A stretch of 63,642 nt of DNA, filler included, from Phoronis australis (Eukaryota > Animalia > Phoronida): the NCBI GenBank assembly GCA_002633005.1. It is 5 parts of 5 records of this genome, joined end to end, with 100 filler letters (N's around TTAATTAATTAA, not from the genome) between each part and the next. Parts side by side here need not be neighbours in the genome. Positions count along the whole stretch, not along the records: positions 47,149 to 57,948 come from NMRA01000652.1; positions 58,049 to 63,642 come from NMRA01001552.1; 3 more parts are not named here. One strand, 5' to 3'. The first letter of the stretch is position 1; every line of letters starts with the position of its first letter. A program made the translations under genes and the position numbers. The notes under the pieces were generated by a model. The model did not search any database. It saw only the letters and a program-made list of their open reading frames with translations, and was not told the origin of the DNA. This document shows, piece after piece, positions 52,831 through 63,642 of this stretch.

Positions 52831-53595
52831 TTGAATACTTCATGTTTTCCATCTAAGAAGAAATAAATGCTAGCGTGCATTTTGATATCTCACAGAAAAA
52901 CAAGGAATTACTTCGAAAATGACTTTGTTGCAATATTCGGCCCTAAAACAATAGGTATGGACACTTATTTTTTCAACATGAAATAGCCGGTGAGTTATTG
53001 CAAATGACGACAAGTCTGCAATATTTTACAGCTGCGTCTGTGTAAAACGTTCCCTGGATTCCTCGCATCATTTCGTAAATAAAGTGTTTAACTTGCATAC
53101 GGAATCATCTGTTTATCACCTTTTTGTTTGCGTCTTTGGCAAACACTGAAAGTGAAATCTTCAATATCGTACATACTCAAGCTCAATACTATGTTTATAC
53201 GTCATCGAGACATGGTTACCAACCAATTATTTTAAATTAATACTTTTTGACACATTTAAGATTATTGTACTTAACGCCTCGGATAAAACTCAGCTTTAGA
53301 AAAGGGAAGGGTTTTGCAGGCATCTCGTTTAAATGAATAAAACAATATATGATGTTATCTTATCCAATTCTATTGTCCTATTGTATTTTTTCATAAAGAT
53401 AAGCCTATGTAAGTCTAAACATAATTTAACTTAATTAAATCGAGTGAATGCGTGTGTGAATGAGTACATTGAAGCCCTTCCCCCTTTTTGTATCCCTTAT
53501 AATAATCACGTGTTATTTCTTAACCCAATCACCATGAGTTATTTTCATTAATTTAAGTTCATTCTATACCACGCATTGTTTTCTATGCTGTAAGG

Positions 53596-53700
53596 CATGC
53601 GCGCGCCCAGCCTTCAATATGGGGGGGCTCGAATTCCCGAATTCCCGACTTCGTGGACCTTTTGGTAACAAAACCCCGAGCCCCCCTGGGTGCGCGCATG
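53596..53700 (+). mobile_element. Short CATG-terminus MITE with 5-bp TSD TAAGG
   Basis: taagg|catgcgcgcgcccag ... ctgggtgcgcgcatg|taagg. Confidence 0.85.
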
Positions 53701-56700
53701 TAAGGATAGGCAGCTTGGGCCACCCTACCCCAGTCATATTCACTAATCATGATTTCTGGGTAAACAAATGTATTAAAAAGCTCCTTCAAAGTAAAATGAT
53801 AGGACAGTGTAAATCAACCTGCTCAAATGTATTCTTGACCACGTCACTTCTGGTGACAGATGACTAGATGGCCCGATTCCCCGTTCACTTGTGCTACACG
53901 CAAAAACAGTGTCTTGGGTGAGGAAAACAAAAGTGAGATCAAGTCACATTCATAGTGCTAGGCGGAACTTTCTTATAAAAATGGCCATAGTGCCAGGCGG
54001 GACTTTACCGAAAAGGGGATTAAAAAGCGACTTATAAGGTTATTTTAGCAGTGTCCAATGATGGTAGCGTTTTCCGAATGATTGCCGGCTGATCTGAAAC
54101 TCTTTTGGTTCTTAGAACCGGACGATGGCCGCACAAATAAAAAAGTTCATGTTCAATTCAACGTTTCGTCTTTTCATGAGACATCATCAGGATCATATTT
54201 ACAACAATTTAGGACAACAATTTCAACATATAGCTCAGGTAACATCCATAGAGTGAAGTGAGAGATACATAGAATATGGTAGCTGGTCATCACCATAGTT
54301 GCAGGGTCACTATCGCGCAATCAGGCTTCACATTTCCTGAGCACCGATTTGTCTGTACAACAGACCACATTTACATTTCAGTCCATCAGTCATGCCAGTT
54401 TGTTTGCGTAAAGCGCTGCCTGTTGAGAATTCGACTAGCCAATCAGAAACGCCGGTGTAAAAAATTTATCGAGGAAAACTAAGAGATACCTGCGTGCTGG
54501 CGCGGCTACCGCCCCACCTAGCGGCACGCAGGGAACCAGCGAGGGAGCGAATTTTAGACCCCACAAGTGCGTTTTTTGTAGACCAAGAGAATGCCCGCGA
54601 AGACACGTCAAAACATGAGTGATGTAACAAAACACCCTAACAGAGGAAGTAGAGTCTGCGAAAGCGGGGCGAAACAATAACTCGAAAATTTACTTAAGGA
54701 GGGCGCGCCCGTCACCCACTCGCTGCTAAGCGACGTCTGGCGAGAAAAGGCCAAGATTACTCCCGCGAAAGGTCACAAGTTCATTCAGCTCCGACCACAG
54801 ACATCGTCACAAGCTCCGTGACGTCAACATGTCTATTACAAGTGAGTACATTGGTTTGAAAGCATTTAGTTGGGTAATGACTACTGTGGCATGTAAACCA
54901 GAAATTCTCTGTAATCCATCCGGATTCCCACTCACACAATGATACATTTTGGTCAATTTTATAGTCCGCCGGAACTCACACAGTGCCATGAGCCCCCGGC
55001 CCGGGCATAACTGTTCACTGGGGCCCCTGTTGTGCCAACCACTTGTTCATAACAATAAAAAAGCGTTCATTATGTACCAACAGGTATAAAGGTGTATCGA
55101 TGGGCCTACCGGTAGGCCTACGCCAGCAGCAGTGCGCTTCAGTAATTAAGGAACACGTGTGCTAACAGTATTCGGCATTCACTGAAGTACCGTAATAAAG
55201 GGCTTTTCAGTTAATACGGTATATACAATTAGAACTAACAATCAGACGGTAGCCCGTACGGCGAACCACGCATGCGAAATGGCATATCGTCAAATTGCTT
55301 TTACACACGGGCGTTCCCCGGCTTTGGACGAACTTTGTATGTGACCATTTTTCATGCTTGGCGCGAGATCCACTCCTAAGAGTTTAGTATTTACTTTAAT
55401 GCAAAACCTAATGCGGATTAGAAAAGGTGTAGAAACTGCACTTGATGGCAAAATGATATTCTGTCCACCTTAATTAGGGAGCTATCACATATTGCGTCAT
55501 CCAAAATTTGCCATTAGACTGAAGTTTACCGCCTCTACTGCCTAGCCGACATCACAGCGAATCCGACCCCAGTTAAGGCAGTGATGGTGTGAGTCTGTCG
55601 TTTGTCTGTAGGCCTACTTGAGCCTAGTGAAGTATGATCAAATCTTGGAAGCTTGAAATTGCAGGTCCTGTGGTTTTTGAACTAGTTAATTCCTCTAGAG
55701 GTGAACCAGCTTCGCAATGGTATGTACTGTGATGGAAATATTGTAAAAATCAAGCAGTGACAACGGTCACCACGAGTCTAAAGACCTGTTATCGTCATCT
55801 TTTCCAAACGATCCTCCCATCCCTCGAATGATGTAATATTTGAACGCTCCCTTACCGGCAAAAGACACTCACTGGCACGGGCACGTGACAAGTGAAATTC
55901 ACAACGACGGCAAAGCCGGGAAAACCCGGTTCTGCCCTATACCATCCACTTCCCTGAAACAAAATAATGCTCTATAACCCGCGACAACCCTATAAAGTTT
56001 GCTGGAAAATTTGAGAACTCTTGTCCTGTCTAAGCCTGCAGTGCGAGCAAGCATGGCCCGTTGCGCTTTTATCGAATTGCATGACTGTGGAGAAAGACTA
56101 CCCACCAAAAACCACAATATCCAATCAGTGACAGGGAGTATATTAAGTTTTTTGTTGATCCCTGCTTTTGCCTTCCAAGATTGACGCCAATGATGCATCA
56201 GCAGGTGACAGAACGAGAATTGGTTAAAATCATCAACACAAGGTTTAGTATCGTTTTAATCAATATATAGATTTTCTAAAACCAGTCAAAATTGCTTAGA
56301 TATGTATTTTATTGACAATAATGGTATACTTCCTGACTTCTTGTATGTCCTGACATACGTTTTTATGTAAAGTGCCATCCATAACGCTAAATCCTCGTGA
56401 GAGACCGTCCAGATTTGGTATATGGTGCAACTCAGGACGGTTTGGGGTCAACAGAAAACCACAGTTCAACTTTGAGTCTACAACAATGTGATAAACGAGA
56501 GTAGTTCTACTTGCTGCGTCATCTGCAGGTATGCTTATATCTTTTATGACACACAATGTGTGACTGGACAAAGCGTTTTCAAAATAATGTGGATAAATCA
56601 GTGGAGTGTGAGACCCCTGAGGTCCCTGTCAAGTCCTCACGACAATTCTACGTTATGATCCAACCTTGCGATGTTTAGAATATTGTCCACTGTGATATTC

Positions 56701-57075
56701 AGTCTGTCTCATCGATTCTGGTGTTTAGCTGTTTCTCCTTGTTAGTCTAATTAGTTCTAACTTGCCTGTCTTTGGTTTCACGGAGCCTAAGCTATAGTGA
56801 CGAGGCCATATAACTTGAGGTGCTTATTTATAGTTAGTCCTACTTAACTGTTAAGTGACAAAATTTGATTCATTTTAAACAACACAAATTACTGATTCAT
56901 TTTAAACAACACAAACGAGAGCGCTCGGAGGAGCGACACTTGGCGGAACTAATCGAAAAGACGACGATGAGGGAGACGACGACAATCAAGACGATCACGG
57001 CGGCGATAACACGATAACATTCATGTGACTAGCGAAGAAATCAAATAGAGAGCAGACAATCAACTACAATAAAGA

Positions 57076-57947
57076 ACAATAGATGGCCCAGCATGACGGA
57101 CGAGTCATGTCTGTTCCCACATTCTAAAATAGGTGGCGCTATGTCTGCAAAGCAAAGTTATGTTTACAATAAGTATTTGCCCTGGAATTGTACAGTCTAC
57201 AGAGAGCTATGCCACAGTNATGGTATCGCCTAATTCCGTAAATTTTTCGAAAAAAATGAAATTTTGCTTATTTTTTAAGAAATTCAAAGTCAAATAGCTC
57301 GAAAACGGTAAGTCTGAGAAAAAAATTGTTAGAGTTCATTTGAAAGAGTATACCTTAGAAAATCCACATGCAAAAATTCACGTCTTTTCCTTCACCCGTT
57401 TAAATAGCATCTACGTACGACTGAAAATAGGTCAACATGCACAAGATCCGCCATCTTGAAAGCAACTTCCGGATTTTTGGGTTGATATAATAGCATTTCA
57501 CAAAAAACTAATATCCGTAAAACTTCAAAGGAATTGGCCTTATAGTGCGCCCTCTACAGGAGAAAACGTTTTTAGGCCAAAATTGAGGTGCGCATGCGCG
57601 ATCGCCGATATTTCCGCCATCTTTAATCAGAAGTGAACAATTTCCGGTATGCTTGTAGCAAACTTCCGGTCCACTTACTGTGCCGATTCTTAGCCTTTTA
57701 CGTAAAAAATTGTAGCCTCCAGAAGCATTTGAACCTGTAAATGGAAACAAAATAGCCGCCACAGCCGCCATCTTGGATCCGATTTTGACGAAAAGCAATA
57801 GGCTTCCAGTACTTCCGGAAGTACGTATTATGTGTAAATTTCGTGATGATCGGACGAAAATTGCGACCTGTATCGTGCGAACAAACAAAAAAAAAAACTT
57901 AGTGGAAGAGCAATATACTTGGCGAAATTTATTTCGCCAAGTAAAAA
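57076..57947 (+). mobile_element. Non-autonomous Helentron/DINE-type element
   Basis: Ends in a perfect 13-bp hairpin tacttggcgaaat-tt-atttcgccaagta followed by A-run; internal gccgccatcttgga/aaatttcgtgatgatcggacg motifs typical of such elements. 5' boundary approximate. Confidence 0.65.
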
Positions 57948-57948
57948 A

Positions 57949-58048
57949 NNNNNNNNNNNNNNNNNNNNNNNNNNNNNNNNNNNNNNNNNNNNTTAATTAA
58001 TTAANNNNNNNNNNNNNNNNNNNNNNNNNNNNNNNNNNNNNNNNNNNN
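57949..58048. other. Artificial assembly linker
   Basis: N44-TTAATTAATTAA-N44. Confidence 0.95.
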
Positions 58049-58061
58049 GTACAGTCTGCTA

Positions 58062-58282
58062 GCTAGATTGTAATCAGCTGATCATATCCGCATGAGCGAA
58101 GCCAATTATCCTCGCTCGTGACTCGATGACTAGAGCAGCCGGGCGGCATCCCTTTGATCGTGAGCCGAGTGCGACTCAGCCAAGGTGGATAAATACGGTC
58201 TAGTTCAATTTTCCATACCCCGCCGTTTACCTTAACCACTGGGGTTAGAACCAATTTTATTTAGTGGGAATGTTCATAGCAT
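58062..58282 (-). repeat. Second copy of the ~220-bp dispersed repeat, truncating the LINE endonuclease
   Basis: Reverse complement of 46782-47002. Confidence 0.85.
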
Positions 58283-59087
58283 GCAGTTGGTTCGAGTGGT
58301 GTGTTGTTTATTAACCGTTTTTTTAAGTGTTAGAGTGGTTTCGATAGTGTGGTGATCAGAATTGCCAACAGGAGGCAGTACAGAACATGAGTTAATGATA
58401 CTCAAATTGTTTGTTATACAGAGGTCAATACATGAATGAGAAACGTCAGTGATACGGGTTGGCTCATTAATTAGTTGTATGCAGTCATTAGACAATAAAA
58501 TATCAAACAATTGAAGTCCGGCCGTATTGTCATGATCATCATTGTACCATGTAGAGTTTCGGGCATTGGAATCACCATTTATGATTATTCTAACGCTATT
58601 GCGGTTAAGTTCCGCTAACTGATCGTCTAGGGCTTTGAAGTAGTTTTCTTTCAGTTGGAGATTGAGAAGGTGGGCGATAAAACAACCCATAGTAAATTTT
58701 TCTGTGATCGAAATAAATTTCGATCCAGCAGTTGCATAACTGAGGACAAGTTAAGCTAGGACATAATTTAAATGAGAGTGTGTTTTTAGTGAATAAGTTG
58801 ATACCACGGCCACTGTTACTGTGATACGCTACACTGTAACCGGGAATGACTAGTTCATTATCAAGGTCGTCTTTGGTAACATTACAAGTTTCACAAAGAG
58901 CGACAATCATATAATCGTAAGACAGAACAAAGTTTTTTAGAAGTTAGAATCTGGAGAAATTGTTGGATTTAATACTGTTAATATTTGAAAATAAGATTTT
59001 AAAGGTAGTATTGTCTTCAGGCCCAGGATTTTCTTCAACATCGCCAGCTAAAAGGAGGCACACGCCAATGACGATTCCGTAATCCAT
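58283..59087 (-). mobile_element. Decayed non-LTR retrotransposon (CR1/L2-like) APE endonuclease preceded by a 2A-like peptide
   Basis: MDYGIVIGVCLLLAGDVEENPGPEDNTTFKILFSNINSI...IVALCET...IPGY...GLFYRPP...IIINGDSNA...NEPTR...SCIDLCI...GNSDHH. In-frame stop at 58944-58946 and a frameshift near 58645. Confidence 0.92.
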
Positions 59088-60187
59088 ACAGGTGTTATAT
59101 AAACAATAGTCAAATAGGTAAACGAAATCGTGTCTTCAATTTTGGATCCCAAATCGCACTCATTGTCATATTGTCATTTCAACAAATTTTATTTATTTTC
59201 AGTTGGGACAAGACGTAAATGTGCTGTCGATGTTTTGAAAATTGTGTCTAAACCTTATTCCAATCCAAAGTTAGGGAAGTTTTCATTAAAAAGTGCGATT
59301 TTTGCGGGTTTTTTCTGTTTCTAAATTGCGTGTGAAGAAAATGTTTTGTGGCTTCAGACGTTTTGTCAGTGCGGTGGTGCACTAGGTTGATAGCCATCTT
59401 AATTCTAGTATTCTCCAAGATGCCACTCTGAGGGGCGAACCAAATCGAAACAATGAACCATGTTTTCATTCGGCTCCCAGACTATCATAAAGTTGCCATG
59501 CACGAGATGACTCAACATGTCTCATGGTTCACTGCTTCCGAGTTATGCATTTTCGAAAATCTTATAAAATTTCAGTGATGTTTTGCAAAATTTATTGGAA
59601 AAATGAAACAGCAACGAAAATAGTCCAGCTGATCGCTCGTTCGGCCGTGATAGAGAGAAATGACACTATGGGCAGAGAATGAGCAGAAGCAGGGTTGTTC
59701 TCTCCTTCAAAAACTGAAAGAAATACGTGTACGCTAGACGGGGGAAGTGGTCAGAGAGGAAAGTATAAGCACTCTGCCAGAGGGGAATAGCATGCGCGAG
59801 ATATTTTGCACAGGCAGGGCTGAGCTACATGTACCCACGGTTACTAGTAGGGAGATATAGGTACCTTGAAGGTAGTCAAACTTTGAATGGTAACAAATCC
59901 ATGTACATAATATGAAAGACACAAGGTTGAAACTAAAAGCAGCATAGGCGGATTTGGGGGAGGGTTGAGCCAGGTCCCTCTAGCAAATGCACCAAAAAAT
60001 TGCCACCGGCACGCCTAATAAAAATCGTGGTCTAAGGGGTATTGTCAAGTTTTGAATCTTGTTACTTTGTTAAGCATTGGGACTGATGCCCTTAAATGTA
60101 ACTCATGGTACAAATAAGATTATTTATTAGCATTGTCAGGTAACAAATATATGACTCGTATAAAATGTTTTGCCTGTCTTCAGATTA

Positions 60188-62904
60188 TCAAAATATTTCA
60201 TCCAAAGCACGCAGCGCCTCCAGTGCTTGTCGTCGCTTTTTCTCATTTTCTGGGGAAACAATTTTCCCACTAGCACCAAACCCAGAGCCATAGTCACTGT
60301 CTTCGGAGTCTAAGTCCAAGAGACTGTTGGAGCCATGAGAATGGTCTGTTTCAATGGTCTTCTTTCCTCCACCTGTCCAAGAACATGAAGGTGGAGATGG
60401 GGTGTTACCAAGGTCAAGGACAGATGATACACCTGTTGCAACGACCCTGCAAAATTGATACCACGAATTAATGACAGCACTTTAATTGTAACATGACTAT
60501 TACGTAATACCTTGCAATAGAATTTGTGAGCTGAATATACACCAACTTTGCCTTGACAAGTCAGAAGGCAGTTATTTTAAAAGTTGCTTTTCGGAACATT
60601 CCCACTCTAATTTAACTCAGATGAAGCAGACTTTGCAAACAACATATGAAATGAGTCAACAGTTTCACAGCATGGCCAAAGTATTTATTGTTTCCGTTTC
60701 TTTTATTTCTAACCTGACAGAAACAGTAACATTTACAGTGGAAGTCATAATCCCTGCTTACAAACAGATAGTTACTGAAATCAACAACCAATGTGAGTAA
60801 ACTACAGCACATTTTTAAGCAGAATTTAAACACATAGAGAGTAAATTTCCCTAGCCAAAGAAATAATGCACAGTATAAACTCAAGTAAACCATTACTCGC
60901 CTCGAAGAAGATATTGCACACATTTCCCTTTTTAATGTTATGCAGGAGTCTAGAAAAATGTCCAGAGTCTACAGACTTTCTCCACATAACTTTAAACCAA
61001 ATGGCAGTTAAACTTAAAACTGCACTTGTTTCATGTGTTGAACCTTTTGAAAAACAAAACGAAGCCTCGGCCATTTAACCCAAATAGATCCATCTCGAAA
61101 TGTTTCTTACCATGATTAGATATTATTTCTGTTGCCATAAAGAACAATTAAATAGCATTTAAAACTTTAAAAAATTAAAAATTATAGGGCAGGCCACTGC
61201 TTCCAAAAATTCAATCTCAAGTTATCTCTCAATTCCAAATGAATATTGAATTAGACACAATCATAGCAAACACATTCTTAACCAACACTGATGAGCTTAA
61301 TTGGTGAAACATCTAAGTTTCGCGGTTAAGTTGAGAGTGGAAGACAAGTGCAGTTTTAAGTCTACACACGTAGGACCCTTGAAAAATGTACACACGAGGC
61401 AACTTCAGAACATCATATTTCAGAAATGAGTGATCGGATTTACATGAAATTTTCGGATACTCTAATTAATGCAATGTTCTCTGTTAGAATTTTGTTTTTG
61501 AAATGCGCCACTTTTGCACAAGAGACTACCAAAGAGGAGTTTTATGAACAAAATAAAAAGTTGCAAAAAACGAAAACAAAAAGACAAATTAGAAAACTGT
61601 AGTTGTGTTTTGGAATATTTACATCAAACGAAATTTAGTAATTGTATTGTTGCCATTACTTTGCTATAACTGTACCATTTTGCTAAATTTGATTAAAACG
61701 ATGTGGTCACCAGACCCAATCAACGGAACATCGGACTAAAGCCATAAATCAAATTCAACAGGCTTTCTGCTTTCAGAAAAAGTAACCTCTTCATGAGTTC
61801 GATGCTACAGAGTTGCAAATATTTAACTAAATACACAGGCTTATCCACAGAGGGCCTACATAACCTTAAATACCATTGAAAATAGGGTAAAAATTCCGCA
61901 ATTTGGCTAGTATCTAGAATTTGGGATAAGGAAACCCTCATAAAAATTGAAATTTCTTGCTTATAGAATTTGGGACAAGGGCAATTTTGGCATTCACCAT
62001 ATTTCTCAAATTTCGAAAAATGTATTTTTAATCTACAGAGCGGGTAATTTTGTCGTCCTTCCAGTTATTCTTGAATTTGGAATAGTCAATATTGTATATT
62101 TCTACAATTTGGCTCCAACACCAACCTTTAGCAAACTCATTAAATTTTCATTGTGCCAAATTGAAGAATATTTACCACGACAGTCAGTAAGCTCTCACTG
62201 CATTCATTTGTATCATAAATTTGATTTTATAAGAACTGAGGAACTTAACAGTGTTGTGACCTAAGTACAACAGACCTTTGTTTCTTTGGAGGAGGTCGTT
62301 TTTTCACTCGTTCACAAAACATATCATCCAGGACACTAGGTGGTGTAGATGAACAGGGGCAAGAACTATTCGAGACCTCAGATGAAGTTTGCAAATCGGT
62401 GTGTTTTGACGAAAATTTCTTGTAACCAGCTTTTGTGTATACTGGTGATTTGCCCACAATTAACTGGATGTCATCGTCTGAATTATAGGACAAGTCTGAT
62501 GCGCTGTCCATTGTTGTTTCACTTTGTACTTTGTGATTGTCTTTCTCAAACCGTTTCGACTTTGTTGACATCTGATGCATGGTTTTGTTGAAATCATCAA
62601 ATTTTGATCCTGAGTCTGAGTCTGAACTAACAAACTCAAGCCTTTGAACACGGCGACGTTTGTGCACTCGAACAATCCTGTTCTTTGGTAAACCGTCATA
62701 TTTAGCACCAGTCTTAGAACGTTTTGCAGTCTTTTCTGTCCTCTTAAGATCACTGTCACTGCTCGTTCGACTTGATTCTTGGTTTTTAGCTGTTGTTTTT
62801 TTACTATTTTCCTGATGCTCTGGTCTTTCACTAACAGGTAACATCCAAGCTGGAAGATGCTTTCTGGCACCAGCATTTCTAGAGGCGGGTAATGTTGTTC
62901 GCAT
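60188..62904 (-). CDS. Low-complexity ~295-aa protein with N-terminal Ku-binding-like motif and C-terminal LDEIF (CYREN/MRI-like); coding exons 62276-62904 (exon starts 62977) and 60188-60446
   Basis: 702-nt open exon with AG/GT ends splices in frame to VVATGVSSVLDLG...EKKRRQALEALRALDEIF*; AATAAA about 60 nt after the stop; gccATG at 62904; RKHLPAWML at residues 14-22. Gene model well supported, CYREN identity is inference. Confidence 0.75.
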
Positions 62905-63112
62905 GGCTCCACATGTCTGCGCAAACTTGCTGGGTTCATTATGTTTACTGCAGCTGGACGCGTACAGAGCATTATACCTAAAATACAGAAACAATACAAC
63001 AACTTTATTTACCAGACAAATGTAAAGCCTATTAGAAGATACTTCTTATACAACAACATTTCATTGAGTATGTAAACATGAGAACATTTAAAACTCCATG
63101 CAGAGTCTTTAC

Positions 63113-63483
63113 TCAGAAAGGTCACCAACAGCAATTTCGAAAGGAATTGTTAAAATGCACAACACAACACTGTCTCCAAACATAGACACAACTGATACAC
63201 GAAGTTTTAGCAGCCGCTGCTTCATGGACAGCGACTGTAGGTTTAAAAAACCTTCCTCTGTGAGTTGAAAACTGCCGTGGACTGACATTCTGTCAGAAAT
63301 GACTTTCGATTGAGAACCCCTATACACAGTAATGAAACTGGACTCAACTTGGAAAGAGCTGACAGCATAGAATATAGTACATGGACTGCCAACTCGGTAT
63401 ATTTTCAAAAGACGAAATCTGTGATCTTGCGCAAAAGCCATGACATCACTATTCTCTAGCAACACCTGGCATGCATAGCACAT
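63113..63483 (-). other. Possible upstream exon (5'UTR or in-frame N-terminal extension) of the CYREN-like gene
   Basis: Open frame ending tct ga|gtaaag, phase-compatible with the acceptor at 62977; ETS-like CCGGAAGTG at 63486-63494 immediately upstream. Confidence 0.35.
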
Positions 63484-63642
63484 TTCACTTCCGGCAAGTA
63501 CGTCGTCTGCTAATCATGGTCGGCTGTTGTGTGGTCTGGTAGCATTGCCAAAAGTACTCACTATACCAAGAGTTCTACTATTGGAAGACTTTGAACAGCA
63601 TTTCAATACCGAAATTTTTTTTTTGTTGTACTGGACAGTAAA

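Noticed and set aside
55899-56571. Cluster of 60-100-aa ORFs, including LRR-like LENLRTLVLS
   Set aside because: Single motif instance, no consistent exon structure or recognisable domain.

Overview
AT-rich, repeat-rich animal genomic DNA, most likely a marine invertebrate deuterostome such as a hemichordate or echinoderm (inference from gene and TE content). It is a draft assembly: four artificial 100-nt linkers (N44-TTAATTAATTAA-N44), one sized gap, and single-N joins that duplicate flanking sequence. Manual splicing recovers four intron-containing genes that the ORF track largely misses: (1) a complete RSL24D1/RLP24 gene on +, whose exon 2 is present twice, probably from haplotype duplication; (2) three Ig-EGF-EGF exons of a Tie/TEK-like receptor on -; (3) a complete 109-aa, 10-Cys beta-microseminoprotein/PSP94-like secreted protein on -; (4) a low-complexity protein on - with an N-terminal Ku-binding-like motif (RKHLPAWML) and a C-terminal ...LRALDEIF*, resembling the CYREN/MRI NHEJ adaptor. 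Mobile DNA includes a LINE endonuclease preceded by a virus-like 2A ribosome-skipping peptide (LLLAGDVEENPGP), a fold-back Kolobok/THAP element with TTAA TSD nested in a MITE, a solo LTR, LINE 3' fragments, a Helentron-type element, an Academ-like element, and two MITE families with 5-bp TSDs. All translations were done by hand; no database searches were run.
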